Assembly: GCA_963667785.2 (NCBI GenBank)
Contig: CAXXMU010000001.1
Span: 768,001-832,000 of the forward strand
Reading direction: 5' to 3'
Length of the DNA stretch: 64,000 nucleotides
Origin: Alphaproteobacteria bacterium
Lineage (GTDB): Bacteria > Pseudomonadota > Alphaproteobacteria > UBA828
Shown one piece after another: positions 19,021 to 29,165 of the stretch. A program made the position numbers and the translations under genes. Below the pieces are notes generated by a model, which was not told the origin of the DNA, did no database searches, and saw only the letters and a program-made list of their open reading frames with translations. Every line of letters begins with the position of its first letter. The stretch's first letter is position 1.

Positions 19021-19770
19021 TCACGCCAGCCCCAGGCGCGCCTTCGCTTGTTCGACGCGCTCGCGTCGTTCCATCGAGGCGAGGATGTCGAGGCGCACGC
19101 TCTCCCACTCATCGAGAGAGGCGCAGCCCTGCTCGAGCTCATTGAGCAGCGTCCTGGTTGCCGCGACCGCCTGCGGTGAACGAGCCGCCACACGCTTGGC
19201 CAGCGCCCCCGCCTCGGCCCTAGCGGTGCCCTCGCGGACGACGCAGGCCACCAGGCCCATCTGCACCCCGGTAGGCGCATCGATCCGCTCGCCTAGCAGA
19301 AGCAGCCACCTCAGAGCGGCAGGACTCAAGCGACGGCGGAGGCGCGCCACGGCACGCGGATCGTAAAGCAGGCCAAGATGCGTCGCGGGAAGCGCGAATT
19401 CGGCACCCTCGGCGGCCACGATGGCATCGCAATTCAGCGCCAGTTCAAGCGCGCCGCCGATACACGGGCCCTCGACAGCCGCGATGACCGGTACCGTACA
19501 GTCGCGTATCGATGCGGCGGCGCGCGCCATGGCGTCGTCCATGGCACGGTCGTCGATCGTGCCCTTCAGCTCCGTGAGATCGGCACCGGCGCTGAACCAG
19601 TCGCCGGCGCCGGCGAGGATCACCGCTCGGACGTCGCCTGCGCGGGCATCGTCGATCGCCCGGCTCAGCGCCGACAGAAGCGAGCGGGACAGCGCATTCC
19701 GGCGCTGGGCGTTCTCGAAGGTGATCTCGAGCACACCGTCGCGCGACGATGTGGCCACGCACCCGCTCAC
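19021..19770 (-). CDS. enoyl-CoA hydratase/isomerase family protein
   Basis: RRNALS, FSAGADL and PVIAAVEGPCIGGALELALNCD. The GTG start overlaps the amidase stop (GTGA). Confidence 0.88.
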   Translation of the reverse strand: MSGCVATSSRDGVLEITFENAQRRNALSRSLLSALSRAIDDARAGDVRAVILAGAGDWFSAGADLTELKGTIDDRAMDDAMARAAASIRDCTVPVIAAVEGPCIGGALELALNCDAIVAAEGAEFALPATHLGLLYDPRAVARLRRRLSPAALRWLLLLGERIDAPTGVQMGLVACVVREGTARAEAGALAKRVAARSPQAVAATRTLLNELEQGCASLDEWESVRLDILASMERRERVEQAKARLGLA

Positions 19771-21167
19771 GAGGCCGCCTCCACCGCTGGCAGCGGCGTT
19801 GGATCTCCCATCAAGCTCCAGTCGAATGCGAGCGCCTCTTCCACGTCTTCGGCAAGATCGAGAAGCCTCTCGTCTTCGTTGAGCGGCATCACCAGTTGCA
19901 GTCCCACGGGCAGACCGTCGGCGAGACCGCACGGCAGCGATACGGCTGGATTGCCCGAGACATTGAACGGAACCGCAAAGGGGAATGCGCCCCACAGCCA
20001 GTCGACCTCGCAGTCGGCGATCCGCTTCGGCCGCTTGCCGAGGGGAAAGGCGGTGACGGCCGTTGCCGGCGTCACGATCACGTCCCAGGTCTCGAACAGC
20101 GCCGTAATTCGGGCCCGATAGCTGCGATGCGCCTCGCGGCCGGCCGCAATCTCGTCGTCGGTAAGCGTCTGCGCCGCCGCCAATGACCTGCGCACATAGT
20201 CGCTCAGCACGTCCGGGAAGCGGTCGAGCAGGTCGCCGCGCTCGCGGCGTTCCTCGGCGAGGACGAGCGGCCCGAAGGCTTCATTCCAACCTCCGAGGGG
20301 CAACGCGGTCTCGACGACCTCATGGCCGAGGGTCTCGAGACGCGCGACGGCAGCATTGACAGCTGCTGCAACGCCAGGGTCGACGGGGCGTCCTTCGGGG
20401 CGCGGGCACCAGGCAATACGCAACCCCCCACCCGCGCCGGCACGGGTCATCCTGCGACCGAGAAGCGCGCCCAGGAACGACCGCGCGTCGGCCGCGCTCC
20501 GCGCCAACGGTCCCGGACAAACGAAATCCGACATGGCTGGCAGGCCGCCTTCGTCGGGGATAAGACCGTAGGTGGGTTTGAAGCCGAGCAGTCCGGTGAA
20601 CGATGCGGGGATACGGATCGAACCGCCGCCGTCGGCGGCCAGCGCGACGCTGGCAAGCCCCGCTGCGACCGAAACCGCGGCGCCGCCGCTCGAGCCGCCC
20701 AGCGTGCGCGTGGTATCCCACGGGTTGCTGGCCTCCGGGCCGAGGCGGTTGTCGCTGGTCGCCGACTGGCCGAATTCGGCGGTGTTGGTCTTGCCGGTAA
20801 ACACGGCGCCGGACGCTCTCAGCCGGCGAACGATCCCGCTGTCCCGCTGCGTGAGGTTGTGGCGGTGCACCACCGAACCGAAGGTCGTCACGGCGCCAGC
20901 GAGAGGGAAGGTGTCCTTGATCGAGATCGGCACGCCGCTCAGCGGCAGCGCGCGGCCGGCCCGGTAGGCGGCCTCGGCCTCGCGGGCCTGACGGCGCGTG
21001 AGATCGTCGAAGCGGACAAGATAGGCGTGGAGCAACGGATTCAGTCGATCAATCCGGGCGAGCACCTCTTCGACCACCTCGACCGGCGACAGCAAGCCGT
21101 GTCGGTAGGCCTCGATCAGCGAAGCGATCGGCCAGTAGATCGGGCTTTCGCTGCCGCGATCAGGCAT
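19767..21167 (-). CDS. amidase signature family protein
   Basis: GVPISIKD, GKTNTAEFG, GGSSGGAA and DGGGSIRIPAS (Ser-cisSer-Lys triad). Confidence 0.95.
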   Translation of the reverse strand: MPDRGSESPIYWPIASLIEAYRHGLLSPVEVVEEVLARIDRLNPLLHAYLVRFDDLTRRQAREAEAAYRAGRALPLSGVPISIKDTFPLAGAVTTFGSVVHRHNLTQRDSGIVRRLRASGAVFTGKTNTAEFGQSATSDNRLGPEASNPWDTTRTLGGSSGGAAVSVAAGLASVALAADGGGSIRIPASFTGLLGFKPTYGLIPDEGGLPAMSDFVCPGPLARSAADARSFLGALLGRRMTRAGAGGGLRIAWCPRPEGRPVDPGVAAAVNAAVARLETLGHEVVETALPLGGWNEAFGPLVLAEERRERGDLLDRFPDVLSDYVRRSLAAAQTLTDDEIAAGREAHRSYRARITALFETWDVIVTPATAVTAFPLGKRPKRIADCEVDWLWGAFPFAVPFNVSGNPAVSLPCGLADGLPVGLQLVMPLNEDERLLDLAEDVEEALAFDWSLMGDPTPLPAVEAAS

Positions 21168-21933
21168 TGGGAGACACGCCCCCGCTGATGCCGTACACCT
21201 CCCCCGTGATGTATCCGGCTCGGTCGCTGATGAGGAACGAGACCAAGTCCGCTATGTCCTGGGGCTGTCCGACGCGGCCGACCAGAGACCGCGATTCCGC
21301 GTAGCCGTCGAAGAATTCGTCGGGGTAGATGCGGCGCAGAAAGTCGTTGTAGATCAGCCCCGGCGCCACGGCGTTGACGCGGATGCCGTGCCGGCCGTTC
21401 TCGGCGGCAGCGACCCGTGTGAGCGCCAGGATTCCCGCCTTGGCCGCGGAATAGGCGGCACCGTGCTCGGTCGTCATTTCCCAAGCCGCGATCGACGAGA
21501 TGTTGACGATGGCGCCCGAGCCGCGCGCGATCATGTGCGGGAGCACGTGACGCATGGCGTAAAAGGTGCCGTTCAAGTCGACATCCAGGCAGCGCCGCCA
21601 TGTCTCGGGCGACATCTCTGCGACCGGCTCGATCTTGCTCCACCCTGCGTTGTTGACGAGGGCGTCGATCCGCCCGCGCTGCCCGACCACGTCCTGGATG
21701 ACGGCACCAACCGCGCCGAAGTCGGTCACATCGAGCGGCATGGACAGGAACTCCCTGTCGTGTTCGTCGGCAAGTTGCCCCGCGAAGGCACCGCAACGGC
21801 GTTCATGGGCGTCCGTAATCACCACGTCGTAGTCGTCGCTGGCGAGCCTGCGCGCAATCGCGGCGCCGATGCCGGCACCGGCCGCCGCAGTAATGATCGC
21901 CACCCGGCGCTCTCCGTCTTGTTTGTTTGGCAC
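21160..21933 (-). CDS. SDR family oxidoreductase
   Basis: TAAAGAGIG, NNAG, NISS, YSAAK and IRVNAVAPG. Confidence 0.94.
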   Translation of the reverse strand: MPNKQDGERRVAIITAAAGAGIGAAIARRLASDDYDVVITDAHERRCGAFAGQLADEHDREFLSMPLDVTDFGAVGAVIQDVVGQRGRIDALVNNAGWSKIEPVAEMSPETWRRCLDVDLNGTFYAMRHVLPHMIARGSGAIVNISSIAAWEMTTEHGAAYSAAKAGILALTRVAAAENGRHGIRVNAVAPGLIYNDFLRRIYPDEFFDGYAESRSLVGRVGQPQDIADLVSFLISDRAGYITGEVYGISGGVSPNA

Positions 21934-21954
21934 GGGAACCTCGTTTGTCTTCGC

Positions 21955-22959
21955 TTAGGCCGTCTTGAGCCGGGGGATCACGTGCTCGCCGAGTTCTTCC
22001 AGCCGACGCAGGCGGCCTCTGGAGAGCAGGGCGAAGCTGATGCGATCGATGTCGACCGTGGAGAGCTCGAGCAGCCGGGAGAGGCAGTGATCCCGATTGC
22101 CGGATATCGTCACCGAGCGCACGAACTCCTCGCTCACGGTCTGTTTGTGCCCGGCGCGCAGCGACAAATGCTCCTCGTAGTGGTAGGCATCCTGGGCAGC
22201 CTTGAACTCGGGCCGGAAGCGTTCCCACCCCGGCGGCATCGCCTTCCACACGGCGAAGGTGGCGGCCTGGCTGGTCGCCCAGGCACGGACGTCGCCGAGC
22301 GCCTGTTCGGCATCCTCGTCGATACTCATCGTGACGATGAGATCGATGAGGATGTCCTCGCGCTTGCGCCCGGCATTTCGAAGACCCCGGTAGATGTATT
22401 CGAGCTGCCAGTTGCAGAAGTCCGGGTCGGCCGCTCCCATCAGGATGGCGCCGTCGCAAACCTCGCCCGCAAGCTCGAGCATGCGGGGCTGCGAGACGGC
22501 GAGATAGATCGGAATCTGCCGGCGCGCGGTGGCAAGCCGCCCCTTGGCGCCGGAAAAATCGATTTCCTCGCCCGCGAACAGCTTGCGGAACAGCTCCATG
22601 CTCTCCCGCAGCTCGGCGATCCTGTTCGGCTTCTCGCCGATGGAGTGAACGGCAACCCAGCCCGCGCCCAGGCCCAGCAAGGCGCGTCCGTCGGATAGCT
22701 CGTCGAGCGCGGTCGTGGCGTTGGCGGTGACGGTTGGGTGACGCGTCCGAAGATTGGTGACCGCACAACCGATCTCCATCGACTCGGTCGCCATCGCCGA
22801 AACGTTCATCGCCGCATAAACATCCTTCATCCCGAGCTGATGATCGATGAACCACAGCACGCCGAAGCCCAGTTCCTCGGCCTTCTTCGCGATCTCGACG
22901 ACCTGGCCGAACGTCTCACGCGGGCTGACTCCCCTCGAAATTCCGAAACTCTTCACCAT
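21955..22959 (-). CDS. LLM-class flavin/F420-dependent oxidoreductase
   Basis: AEELGF..LW..DH, IGCAVTN..TRHP, LDELSDGRALLGLGAG, IPIYLA..PRMLELAGEVCDG. Confidence 0.9.
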   Translation of the reverse strand: MVKSFGISRGVSPRETFGQVVEIAKKAEELGFGVLWFIDHQLGMKDVYAAMNVSAMATESMEIGCAVTNLRTRHPTVTANATTALDELSDGRALLGLGAGWVAVHSIGEKPNRIAELRESMELFRKLFAGEEIDFSGAKGRLATARRQIPIYLAVSQPRMLELAGEVCDGAILMGAADPDFCNWQLEYIYRGLRNAGRKREDILIDLIVTMSIDEDAEQALGDVRAWATSQAATFAVWKAMPPGWERFRPEFKAAQDAYHYEEHLSLRAGHKQTVSEEFVRSVTISGNRDHCLSRLLELSTVDIDRISFALLSRGRLRRLEELGEHVIPRLKTA

Positions 22960-23744
22960 CAGGCGCTGCTTTCGAGTGCGTTGCGAATGGCCTCTGCATA
23001 GGCGTCGGGCTGATCGACGCTCATCAGGTGCCCGGCGCGTGCCACCTCGTGATAGGTTCCGTGGCGCAGGGCGCCGAGCATGATCTCCGCCGCCTTGCGC
23101 GGACAGAACACGTCGCCGTCGCCGCCGATCACATGGACCGGGCAGGTGATTTCCGGCAGGAGCTCGGTTAGCGGGTCCTCGTTGAGTCGCGCCATCGCGC
23201 GCGCTGCATTGACGTAGCCATCTCCGTTGCCGATGGCCTTGAGGCGTCTGGCCGCGATTTCTTCGAGCCGGTCGCTGGCGACGACCAGCTGCTGGCGCGT
23301 GTCCTCCTTGAGCGCGCCGGCGAAGCCGGAGAAGTCGCTCCGAATCGTCTCGATACGGTCACGGAAGAACCCGACGGCGCGTCGTCCGACAACGGTCGAG
23401 GTGCCGGCGACCGCGGCTCGGGTTACCAAATCGGGCCGCTTGGCCGCGACCCAGAGCACCACGGCGCCGCCGAGCGAGTAGCCGATGCAGTCGGCGGAAC
23501 CCGTCAGCGCCTCGAGGAACGCAATCAGGTCGTCGCCAAGCTGTTCCAGCGAGCCCTCGGCCTCGCCCAGCTCGGTTTCACCGTGACCGCGAAGGTCGTA
23601 GGCGTAGGTCGTGAAGTCACTCAGTCGGCGCTGAACGTCCGCCCAGCTATTCCGGTCCTCCGCCAGGCCGTGGAGCATGACCGCCGGTGGCCCCTCTCCC
23701 ATGCGCGTATAGCCGACGTCGATGTCGGCGAGCCGCGCCCTCAT
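22959..23744 (-). CDS. alpha/beta hydrolase (PcaD-like)
   Basis: LHGL, YDLRGHG, GYSLGG nucleophile elbow, GDGD and AGH. Confidence 0.9.
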   Translation of the reverse strand: MRARLADIDVGYTRMGEGPPAVMLHGLAEDRNSWADVQRRLSDFTTYAYDLRGHGETELGEAEGSLEQLGDDLIAFLEALTGSADCIGYSLGGAVVLWVAAKRPDLVTRAAVAGTSTVVGRRAVGFFRDRIETIRSDFSGFAGALKEDTRQQLVVASDRLEEIAARRLKAIGNGDGYVNAARAMARLNEDPLTELLPEITCPVHVIGGDGDVFCPRKAAEIMLGALRHGTYHEVARAGHLMSVDQPDAYAEAIRNALESSA

Positions 23745-23764
23745 GATCCCGGTCCGACCAGCCT

Positions 23765-24709
23765 TTATCCGGCGATCTTGTCGAACACGGCCAACAACGC
23801 CTCCGGCTGCGCGAAGAAGGGCGAGTGGCTTCCGGACATGCGGTGCACTGTCGTTTTCCCTCCGACTGCCGATGTATCGACGAGTTCCACCATGCGGTCC
23901 TGCGCTTCCGCCGGGACCGCCCTGTCGTCGGCCAAGCGGATGTAGTGCCGCGCGACCTTCCCGTATCTGGCGGCGGTGATCGCCATCGGCACACCGGCCG
24001 TCGAGGCGACTTCATCGCAATGCAGCAGGTTGGCGATGGCCGCGAAATGACCGTCTGAAAGGTCGTGGTACAAGGCCTGCTTGGACTTGGCGACGTAGTC
24101 GGAGTCCTGCGAGCGCGGATCGATGCGGAGTGCCCCGGTGCTTGCCGGGTCGCCAATGAACAGCGGCCCAGCCTGTCCGGTCCTGAAGCTTGGGTCGCCG
24201 AAAATGGCGCCGGCCGGCATGCCGTTGGGCATCAGGAAGGCTGCCAGATAGACGAGTGCGTGAAGCTTGTCCGGCATCGCCTCCGCGACATGAGAGATCG
24301 TCAGCCCACCCCAGGAGTGGCCGACGATCACCACCTTGCCGTTGCCGAGCCCCGCCGCTTGGTTGACCGCGGCCACCGCGGCGGCGGTGCGCTCGTTCTG
24401 TGTAACGCCGGCGACGGGCGATAGCTCGGTTTCGAATGCCGCCATGTCGAGAGGCCGCTTCAGAAAGGATTCGGGGAAGCGGGTGCGGGTGCCCGCACCC
24501 GGCAGGTCGATGGCAATCGATGCGTACCCCGCCTGAGCAAGCAGCGGTGTCATCTCGTTCCACGTCCAGGCGCCGTGCCAGGAGCCGTGGATCAGCACGA
24601 AGGCCGGGCGGTCGCTGCCCCCCGCTGCGGCGGTACGGGTCGACAGCGGCAGGGTCGCCGCGGCGGCAGGGGCCAGCACAGCAGCTTTCAGGATGTCACG
24701 ACGGTTCAT
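23765..24709 (-). CDS. Tat-exported alpha/beta hydrolase (methylesterase-like)
   Basis: MNRRDILK twin-arginine signal, FVLIHGSWHGAW.W, GHSWGG, DRAV and SHSPF. Confidence 0.9.
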   Translation of the reverse strand: MNRRDILKAAVLAPAAAATLPLSTRTAAAGGSDRPAFVLIHGSWHGAWTWNEMTPLLAQAGYASIAIDLPGAGTRTRFPESFLKRPLDMAAFETELSPVAGVTQNERTAAAVAAVNQAAGLGNGKVVIVGHSWGGLTISHVAEAMPDKLHALVYLAAFLMPNGMPAGAIFGDPSFRTGQAGPLFIGDPASTGALRIDPRSQDSDYVAKSKQALYHDLSDGHFAAIANLLHCDEVASTAGVPMAITAARYGKVARHYIRLADDRAVPAEAQDRMVELVDTSAVGGKTTVHRMSGSHSPFFAQPEALLAVFDKIAG

Positions 24710-24721
24710 GATTCCCTCCCT

Positions 24722-24790
24722 TCAGATTGAACTTGTCACGACGCCGCCGAGCGTGTGGCCGACGTCGATGTCGGCGAGCCGGGCCCTCAT
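24722..24790 (-). pseudogene. 22-codon 5' stub duplicating the start of the 22959..23744 hydrolase
   Basis: 24751-24791 matches 23705-23745 at 38/41 nt. It encodes MRARLADIDVGHT... and its ATG overlaps the CoA-ligase stop (ATGA). Confidence 0.85.
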
Positions 24791-26460
24791 GCCCCTCCAC
24801 CGGATTCGGGGCCATCGCCGGTCACGAAGGCCCGAAGGTCGGCCTTGCGGATCTTCCCCGCCGGCGTCATCGGCATGGAATCCACGATGCGCAGAACCTC
24901 GGGGCAGTGATGCTTGGGCAGGCGTCTCGCTCGCGCGTGGGCAATCAGGTCATCGAGGCTCGGGGCTTCGCCGTTCACCACCACCACCGCGCAGATGCGT
25001 TCGCCCAAACGGTCGTCGGGGTAGCCGATGACGGCCACGGCGTTGACGTCCGGATGGTCGGCGAGCGCATTCTCGATCGGTGCGGGTGAGATGTTGACGC
25101 CACCGCGAATGATCAGATCCTTCAGCCTGCCGGTGATGCGCACGTACCCGTCCACGTCGATCCGCGCGAGATCGCCGGTGCGAAAGAACCCGTCGTCGGT
25201 GATCATGGAGTCGTAGAGGTCTTGCTGGCCGAAATAGCCGATGAAGACTCCCGGCCCCCGCATGGCCAGCTCCCCCTCCTCGCCCGCGGGCAACGTGCCA
25301 CCCTCGGCATCGACGCAGCGCAGTTCGAGCCCCGGCAGTCCAATGCCGGCGGTCCGCATCAGTTTCTCGCGGGGGCTTTCACGAACGCAGGTGACGAGCC
25401 CACCCTCGGTCATGCCCCAAAGGACGGTCACGAAGGTCTTCGGAAACTGCGCCTGCGCGGCCTCCATCAGCGACGGCGGCACCTGCGCGCCGCCGCACAG
25501 AAACGAGCGGAGCGGTGCCAGCTTCGGCGTCGAACGTGGCCAGCGCGCGTCCACCAGATCCTTCAGAAACGGCGTCGCCGCGGCGGTGAACGCACAGCCG
25601 AATTCTTCAATCATTTCGAGCGCGCGCGCGGGATCCCAGACGTCCTGAAGAACGAGCGGCGCGCCCGTATGGAGCGCCAACCGGGTGCCGTGAATGGCGC
25701 CGATGCTGTGCCCGAGGGGAGAGGCGAGAAAGATCGGCGCGTCCGGGCCGAGCGAGAAACGCTCCGTGAACCCGACATTCAGGGCGGCGAGGGTGTCTTC
25801 GCTGTGCATGACGGCCTTGGGCCGGCCGGTCGTGCTCGACGTGAACATGATGTGCGCGAGGTCGGCAGCGCTCGCCGGCAAGGGAGTTCTTCGACCCGCC
25901 GGTGCCGCCCGCCACGTCCCGATGCTCTCGTCGAGCAGGAAGACGCCCGGCCCATGCCCGCAGGTCGAGGCAGCCTCCCGGGCGATGTCGCCCAGCGGCG
26001 CACTGCCGTGGCGCTCCACCGAAATCAGCGCCCGCGCGCCCGTCAGCCCGGCAACGTAGGCGACCGTTTGGGGATCGGTGCGGGTCGGCAAACTCGCGGG
26101 TATGGCGCCGAGACGCAGCAACGCGACGAACGCGACCTGCCCGTCAACGATGTTCGGCAGAAGAAGGATCACGATGTCGCCGCGCCCGATTCCGCCCTCT
26201 TCCAACTCTTGGGCGAGGCGTCCGGCTTCCCGCCACAACCCGCCGTGGCTGAGCCGCCGACCGGTTGCATCGGCGACGGCGAGGCGGTCCTGGAAGCGCT
26301 GGGCAAGGACGGTATAGCGGTCGCACAAGCGTTCGCCCGGCCACCACCTCTTCGCGCGATACCGGCGTTCTCGTTGGACGCGGCTGGCAGCGGCGGTATC
26401 CGGAAGCGCGACTCGCGCGGCTTGCGAACCTTCGGGATCTGCGAGACGAATCTCCCTCAT
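24787..26460 (-). CDS. acyl-CoA synthetase (cyclohexanecarboxylate-CoA ligase-like)
   Basis: FTSSTTGRPK, WGMTEGG, FRTGD, GRLKDLIIRGG and TPAGKIRK. SD before the ATG at 26460. Confidence 0.92.
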   Translation of the reverse strand: MREIRLADPEGSQAARVALPDTAAASRVQRERRYRAKRWWPGERLCDRYTVLAQRFQDRLAVADATGRRLSHGGLWREAGRLAQELEEGGIGRGDIVILLLPNIVDGQVAFVALLRLGAIPASLPTRTDPQTVAYVAGLTGARALISVERHGSAPLGDIAREAASTCGHGPGVFLLDESIGTWRAAPAGRRTPLPASAADLAHIMFTSSTTGRPKAVMHSEDTLAALNVGFTERFSLGPDAPIFLASPLGHSIGAIHGTRLALHTGAPLVLQDVWDPARALEMIEEFGCAFTAAATPFLKDLVDARWPRSTPKLAPLRSFLCGGAQVPPSLMEAAQAQFPKTFVTVLWGMTEGGLVTCVRESPREKLMRTAGIGLPGLELRCVDAEGGTLPAGEEGELAMRGPGVFIGYFGQQDLYDSMITDDGFFRTGDLARIDVDGYVRITGRLKDLIIRGGVNISPAPIENALADHPDVNAVAVIGYPDDRLGERICAVVVVNGEAPSLDDLIAHARARRLPKHHCPEVLRIVDSMPMTPAGKIRKADLRAFVTGDGPESGGGA

Positions 26461-26578
26461 CTGCCGCTCCCGTCGCCGGCCCGGAATAACGGTGTTTCCA
26501 GTGTCATCCCCACTCGCGGCCAGCGTAGACGCTCTTCGGATCGGTTTCAAGATGACGATATCGCTTTTTTTATTGATA

Positions 26579-26592
26579 GTCATTTTAATGAC
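26579..26592. promoter_or_regulatory. putative TetR operator in the divergent promoter
   Basis: GTCATT-TT-AATGAC inverted repeat in an AT-rich patch between the ligase and TetR genes. Confidence 0.5.
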
Positions 26593-26767
26593 CGCCATTC
26601 TTTCTCTTGCTACCCTCTTGGCATGACCGAGAGCGGGGGCTCCCACGGGTCTACACGGGAGCAGCCATGACATCACCCGGGGGTTGGCCTGTGAGGAGGG
26701 TGAGCCGGCGCCGCCCAAAGAGTTGCGGCGCCCTTGGCGGGTGGAGTTCGGTGGAATGGCGGCGCAA

Positions 26768-27442
26768 ATGACCCAAGTCCCCACCACACCCAAGGGCCGG
26801 CGCACGCGCAGCCGTCTCCTGGCGAGTGGCCGCAGAGTGCTGGCACGCAACGGCTATGTCGACCTCAAGATGGTCGACGTCGCCGAAGAGGCAGGGGTAT
26901 CGCTAGGCGCTCTTTATCGGTATTTCCACAACAAGGAGGATCTGTTCAGGGCCTTGGTCGACGGAATTCACGAGGCATTGTTCGAAGCGAGTCGAGCACC
27001 GAACAAGGAACTGGCGACCGACCCCAAGGGAGCCTTGCTTGAAGCAAACCTCGGCTATCTCTCGCTTTACAGCAAGAACCGCGACGTCATGCGCGCCCTT
27101 ATCGAGGCCTCCACGGTCGACGAGCGATTCCGTAGCGTCTGGTGGGCGATGCGCAACCGTCACATCGACCGCTTCGTGGGCGCCCTCAAGGCGAAGTGCG
27201 GAATAGAGGAGGTAGACGGCGTTCCGGCCCGCCTCGTTGCGGAAGCCATGGCCGCGATGGTCGAGCAATGCGCCTACGTCTGGTTTGCGCAGGAGGAGCA
27301 ACTGAACGAGCAGCCGGTCTCCGTCGACGACGCCGCAAGGGTGGTGACGCGGATATGGCACGACGCCTTCTTTGAGCCCGAAACACGCTCAGCCTCCGCA
27401 GCCGAAACTGGCCGGGCCAAGTCGTCAATCGAGGACCTGTGA
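26768..27442 (+). CDS. TetR/AcrR family regulator
   Basis: TRSRLL..GRRVL..GY....DVAEEAGVSLGALYRYFHNKEDLF HTH. Start at 26756 or 26768. Confidence 0.93.
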   Translation: MTQVPTTPKGRRTRSRLLASGRRVLARNGYVDLKMVDVAEEAGVSLGALYRYFHNKEDLFRALVDGIHEALFEASRAPNKELATDPKGALLEANLGYLSLYSKNRDVMRALIEASTVDERFRSVWWAMRNRHIDRFVGALKAKCGIEEVDGVPARLVAEAMAAMVEQCAYVWFAQEEQLNEQPVSVDDAARVVTRIWHDAFFEPETRSASAAETGRAKSSIEDL

Positions 27443-27577
27443 AGGCCCCCTGTACCTATCATGACTTTTCTTCGGCAGTGAGGTTGCGTTGCGATTGAGA
27501 TTCCGTTCCTAGGCTCAGGCAGCGGCGGTACTGTCCGCCCATCACTTCACAGTCAGACCCCTCCGAGTAACCCGGGT

Positions 27578-27748
27578 TAGAGCACGATCCGATCCAATTG
27601 AATCGCGTAGATTTTCAAAAGCTTAGTCTTCTCTCGGTCGAGGCGGATATGCCTCCCACGAGTTTCGCGGCGCTCGGGTTGCCGCTGTTAGCCAAGTTGG
27701 CAGCCGATCGGAGCGGGTTGTGATCCAGGTTGATCGGATAACGCTCTA
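27578..27748. mobile_element. MITE-like element with IS630-type ends (TA-bounded)
   Basis: Left end TAGAGCACGATCCGATCCAATTGAATC; right end (reverse complement) TAGAGCGTTATCCGATCAACCTGGATC. No transposase inside. Confidence 0.65.
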
Positions 27749-28424
27749 ATCCCCTGCGCATGGACTTCGAGGCGGTTTTCTTCACCAACTCAGTAGACAG
27801 CCGACTCACAAGCCATGAGAAGCCCTTGCAAGGCTGTGGCCTCGTGCAAGTGGACTGTGGCGGTTCGGGCTGCATGTGAGAACACGAGGCCCTGGAAGTT
27901 CGGCTTGTATGCATCGGTAGGTTCTGCACATGGCACAGAAGGCTCGCCGAGCCGGCCGGCAGGATCTCGACCGGCGCTGCAGCGCCTCCAGTGCAACCCG
28001 CGCGGCAGGCGGATCGGCCCAGTCCCGAGGGGCCCCTGCCGCCTGCCTGACCCCGATGCCGGTGCATCGGAGATGGCGGCTTGCAGGTCATGGCCGTGGA
28101 ATCGCCCGGCAAGGAGAAGACAGTCGGCGGGGTTTTGGGCGACTCGATGCTGTCCTAACCTCGATTTCTCACCAATGTCACAGCCTGCGTCGCGCCCAGG
28201 CGCCCGCCCGCGTCGTGCGTCCACGCGCGCGTCAAGCTCACGATCGCAAAGAGTGCCATGGACGGCCTCACGCCCGCCGGCGCAACATCCGGCCTTCGAT
28301 CCCGCATCCAGTTGGAGGCGGTAACCAGATGTCGGCCGGGTGCGACAAACGCGGTAGCCTCATGAGCCACATCCGGGCACTCTCGGTGGGCATGATGCGC
28401 CCGGCTTGAAAGGAGAGAAGGCTG

Positions 28425-29165
28425 ATGAGACTGCTTGCGGTAGCGTTGGTTCTGGCGCTCTGCGCGGCGACGCCGACGCTCGCGACCGAGAAGCTGCGTA
28501 TCGCCACGACCGGCGGCTATCCGCCGTTCACCTATGTCGACGATGCCGGTGAGGTTGCAGGCTTCGACCTCGACATCGCGCGTGCGCTCTGCGCGGAACT
28601 CGGGGCCGAGTGTGAGGTCGTGCTGGAGGAATGGGAGCGGCTGATTCCGGAGCTGCGCGCCGGCAGCTTCGATGCCATCGCCGCCAGTATGTCGATTACC
28701 GAGAAGCGGCGCGAACTGGTGAGCTTCACGAACCGGTACTACAGCAACGTGGTCCGCTTCGTGGCGCGCAAGGGCTCCGACTTCGACCCGGCCGACGCGG
28801 CGGGCAGGACCATCGGCGCGGCCCGCGCCACGATCGCCTCCGACTGGCTCGAGGCGAACCTGGCCGGCACGGCGACCATCGAGCTCTATACCGGCCAGGA
28901 GGAGCTTTACCGGAACCTGGTCGCTGGTCGCCTGGATGCCATGTTCGGCGACGGCCTGGGCTCATACGCCTGGCTTGAGGGTCCGGAAGGTACCGGCTTC
29001 GAGTTCGTCGGCGAGGGATACAGACTGGACGAAGGCATCGGCATCGCCGTGCGCCACGAGGACGCCTCCCTTCTGTCGCGCCTGAACGGCGCCCTCGAGG
29101 CCATCCTCGCGAACGGTACCTACGAGCGGATCAACGCCCGCTACTTCCCGTTCAGCATCCACTAG
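28425..29165 (+). CDS. orphan polar amino acid ABC substrate-binding protein (HisJ/ArgT-like)
   Basis: Signal peptide, YPPFTY, GFDLDIARALC, SMSITEKR...V.FT.RYY and GIGIAVR. Confidence 0.92.
   Translation: MRLLAVALVLALCAATPTLATEKLRIATTGGYPPFTYVDDAGEVAGFDLDIARALCAELGAECEVVLEEWERLIPELRAGSFDAIAASMSITEKRRELVSFTNRYYSNVVRFVARKGSDFDPADAAGRTIGAARATIASDWLEANLAGTATIELYTGQEELYRNLVAGRLDAMFGDGLGSYAWLEGPEGTGFEFVGEGYRLDEGIGIAVRHEDASLLSRLNGALEAILANGTYERINARYFPFSIH

Noticed and set aside
27790-28409. Short ORFs between the MITE and the amino acid binding protein gene
   Set aside because: No recognisable motifs or consistent coding signal in any frame. Left unannotated.
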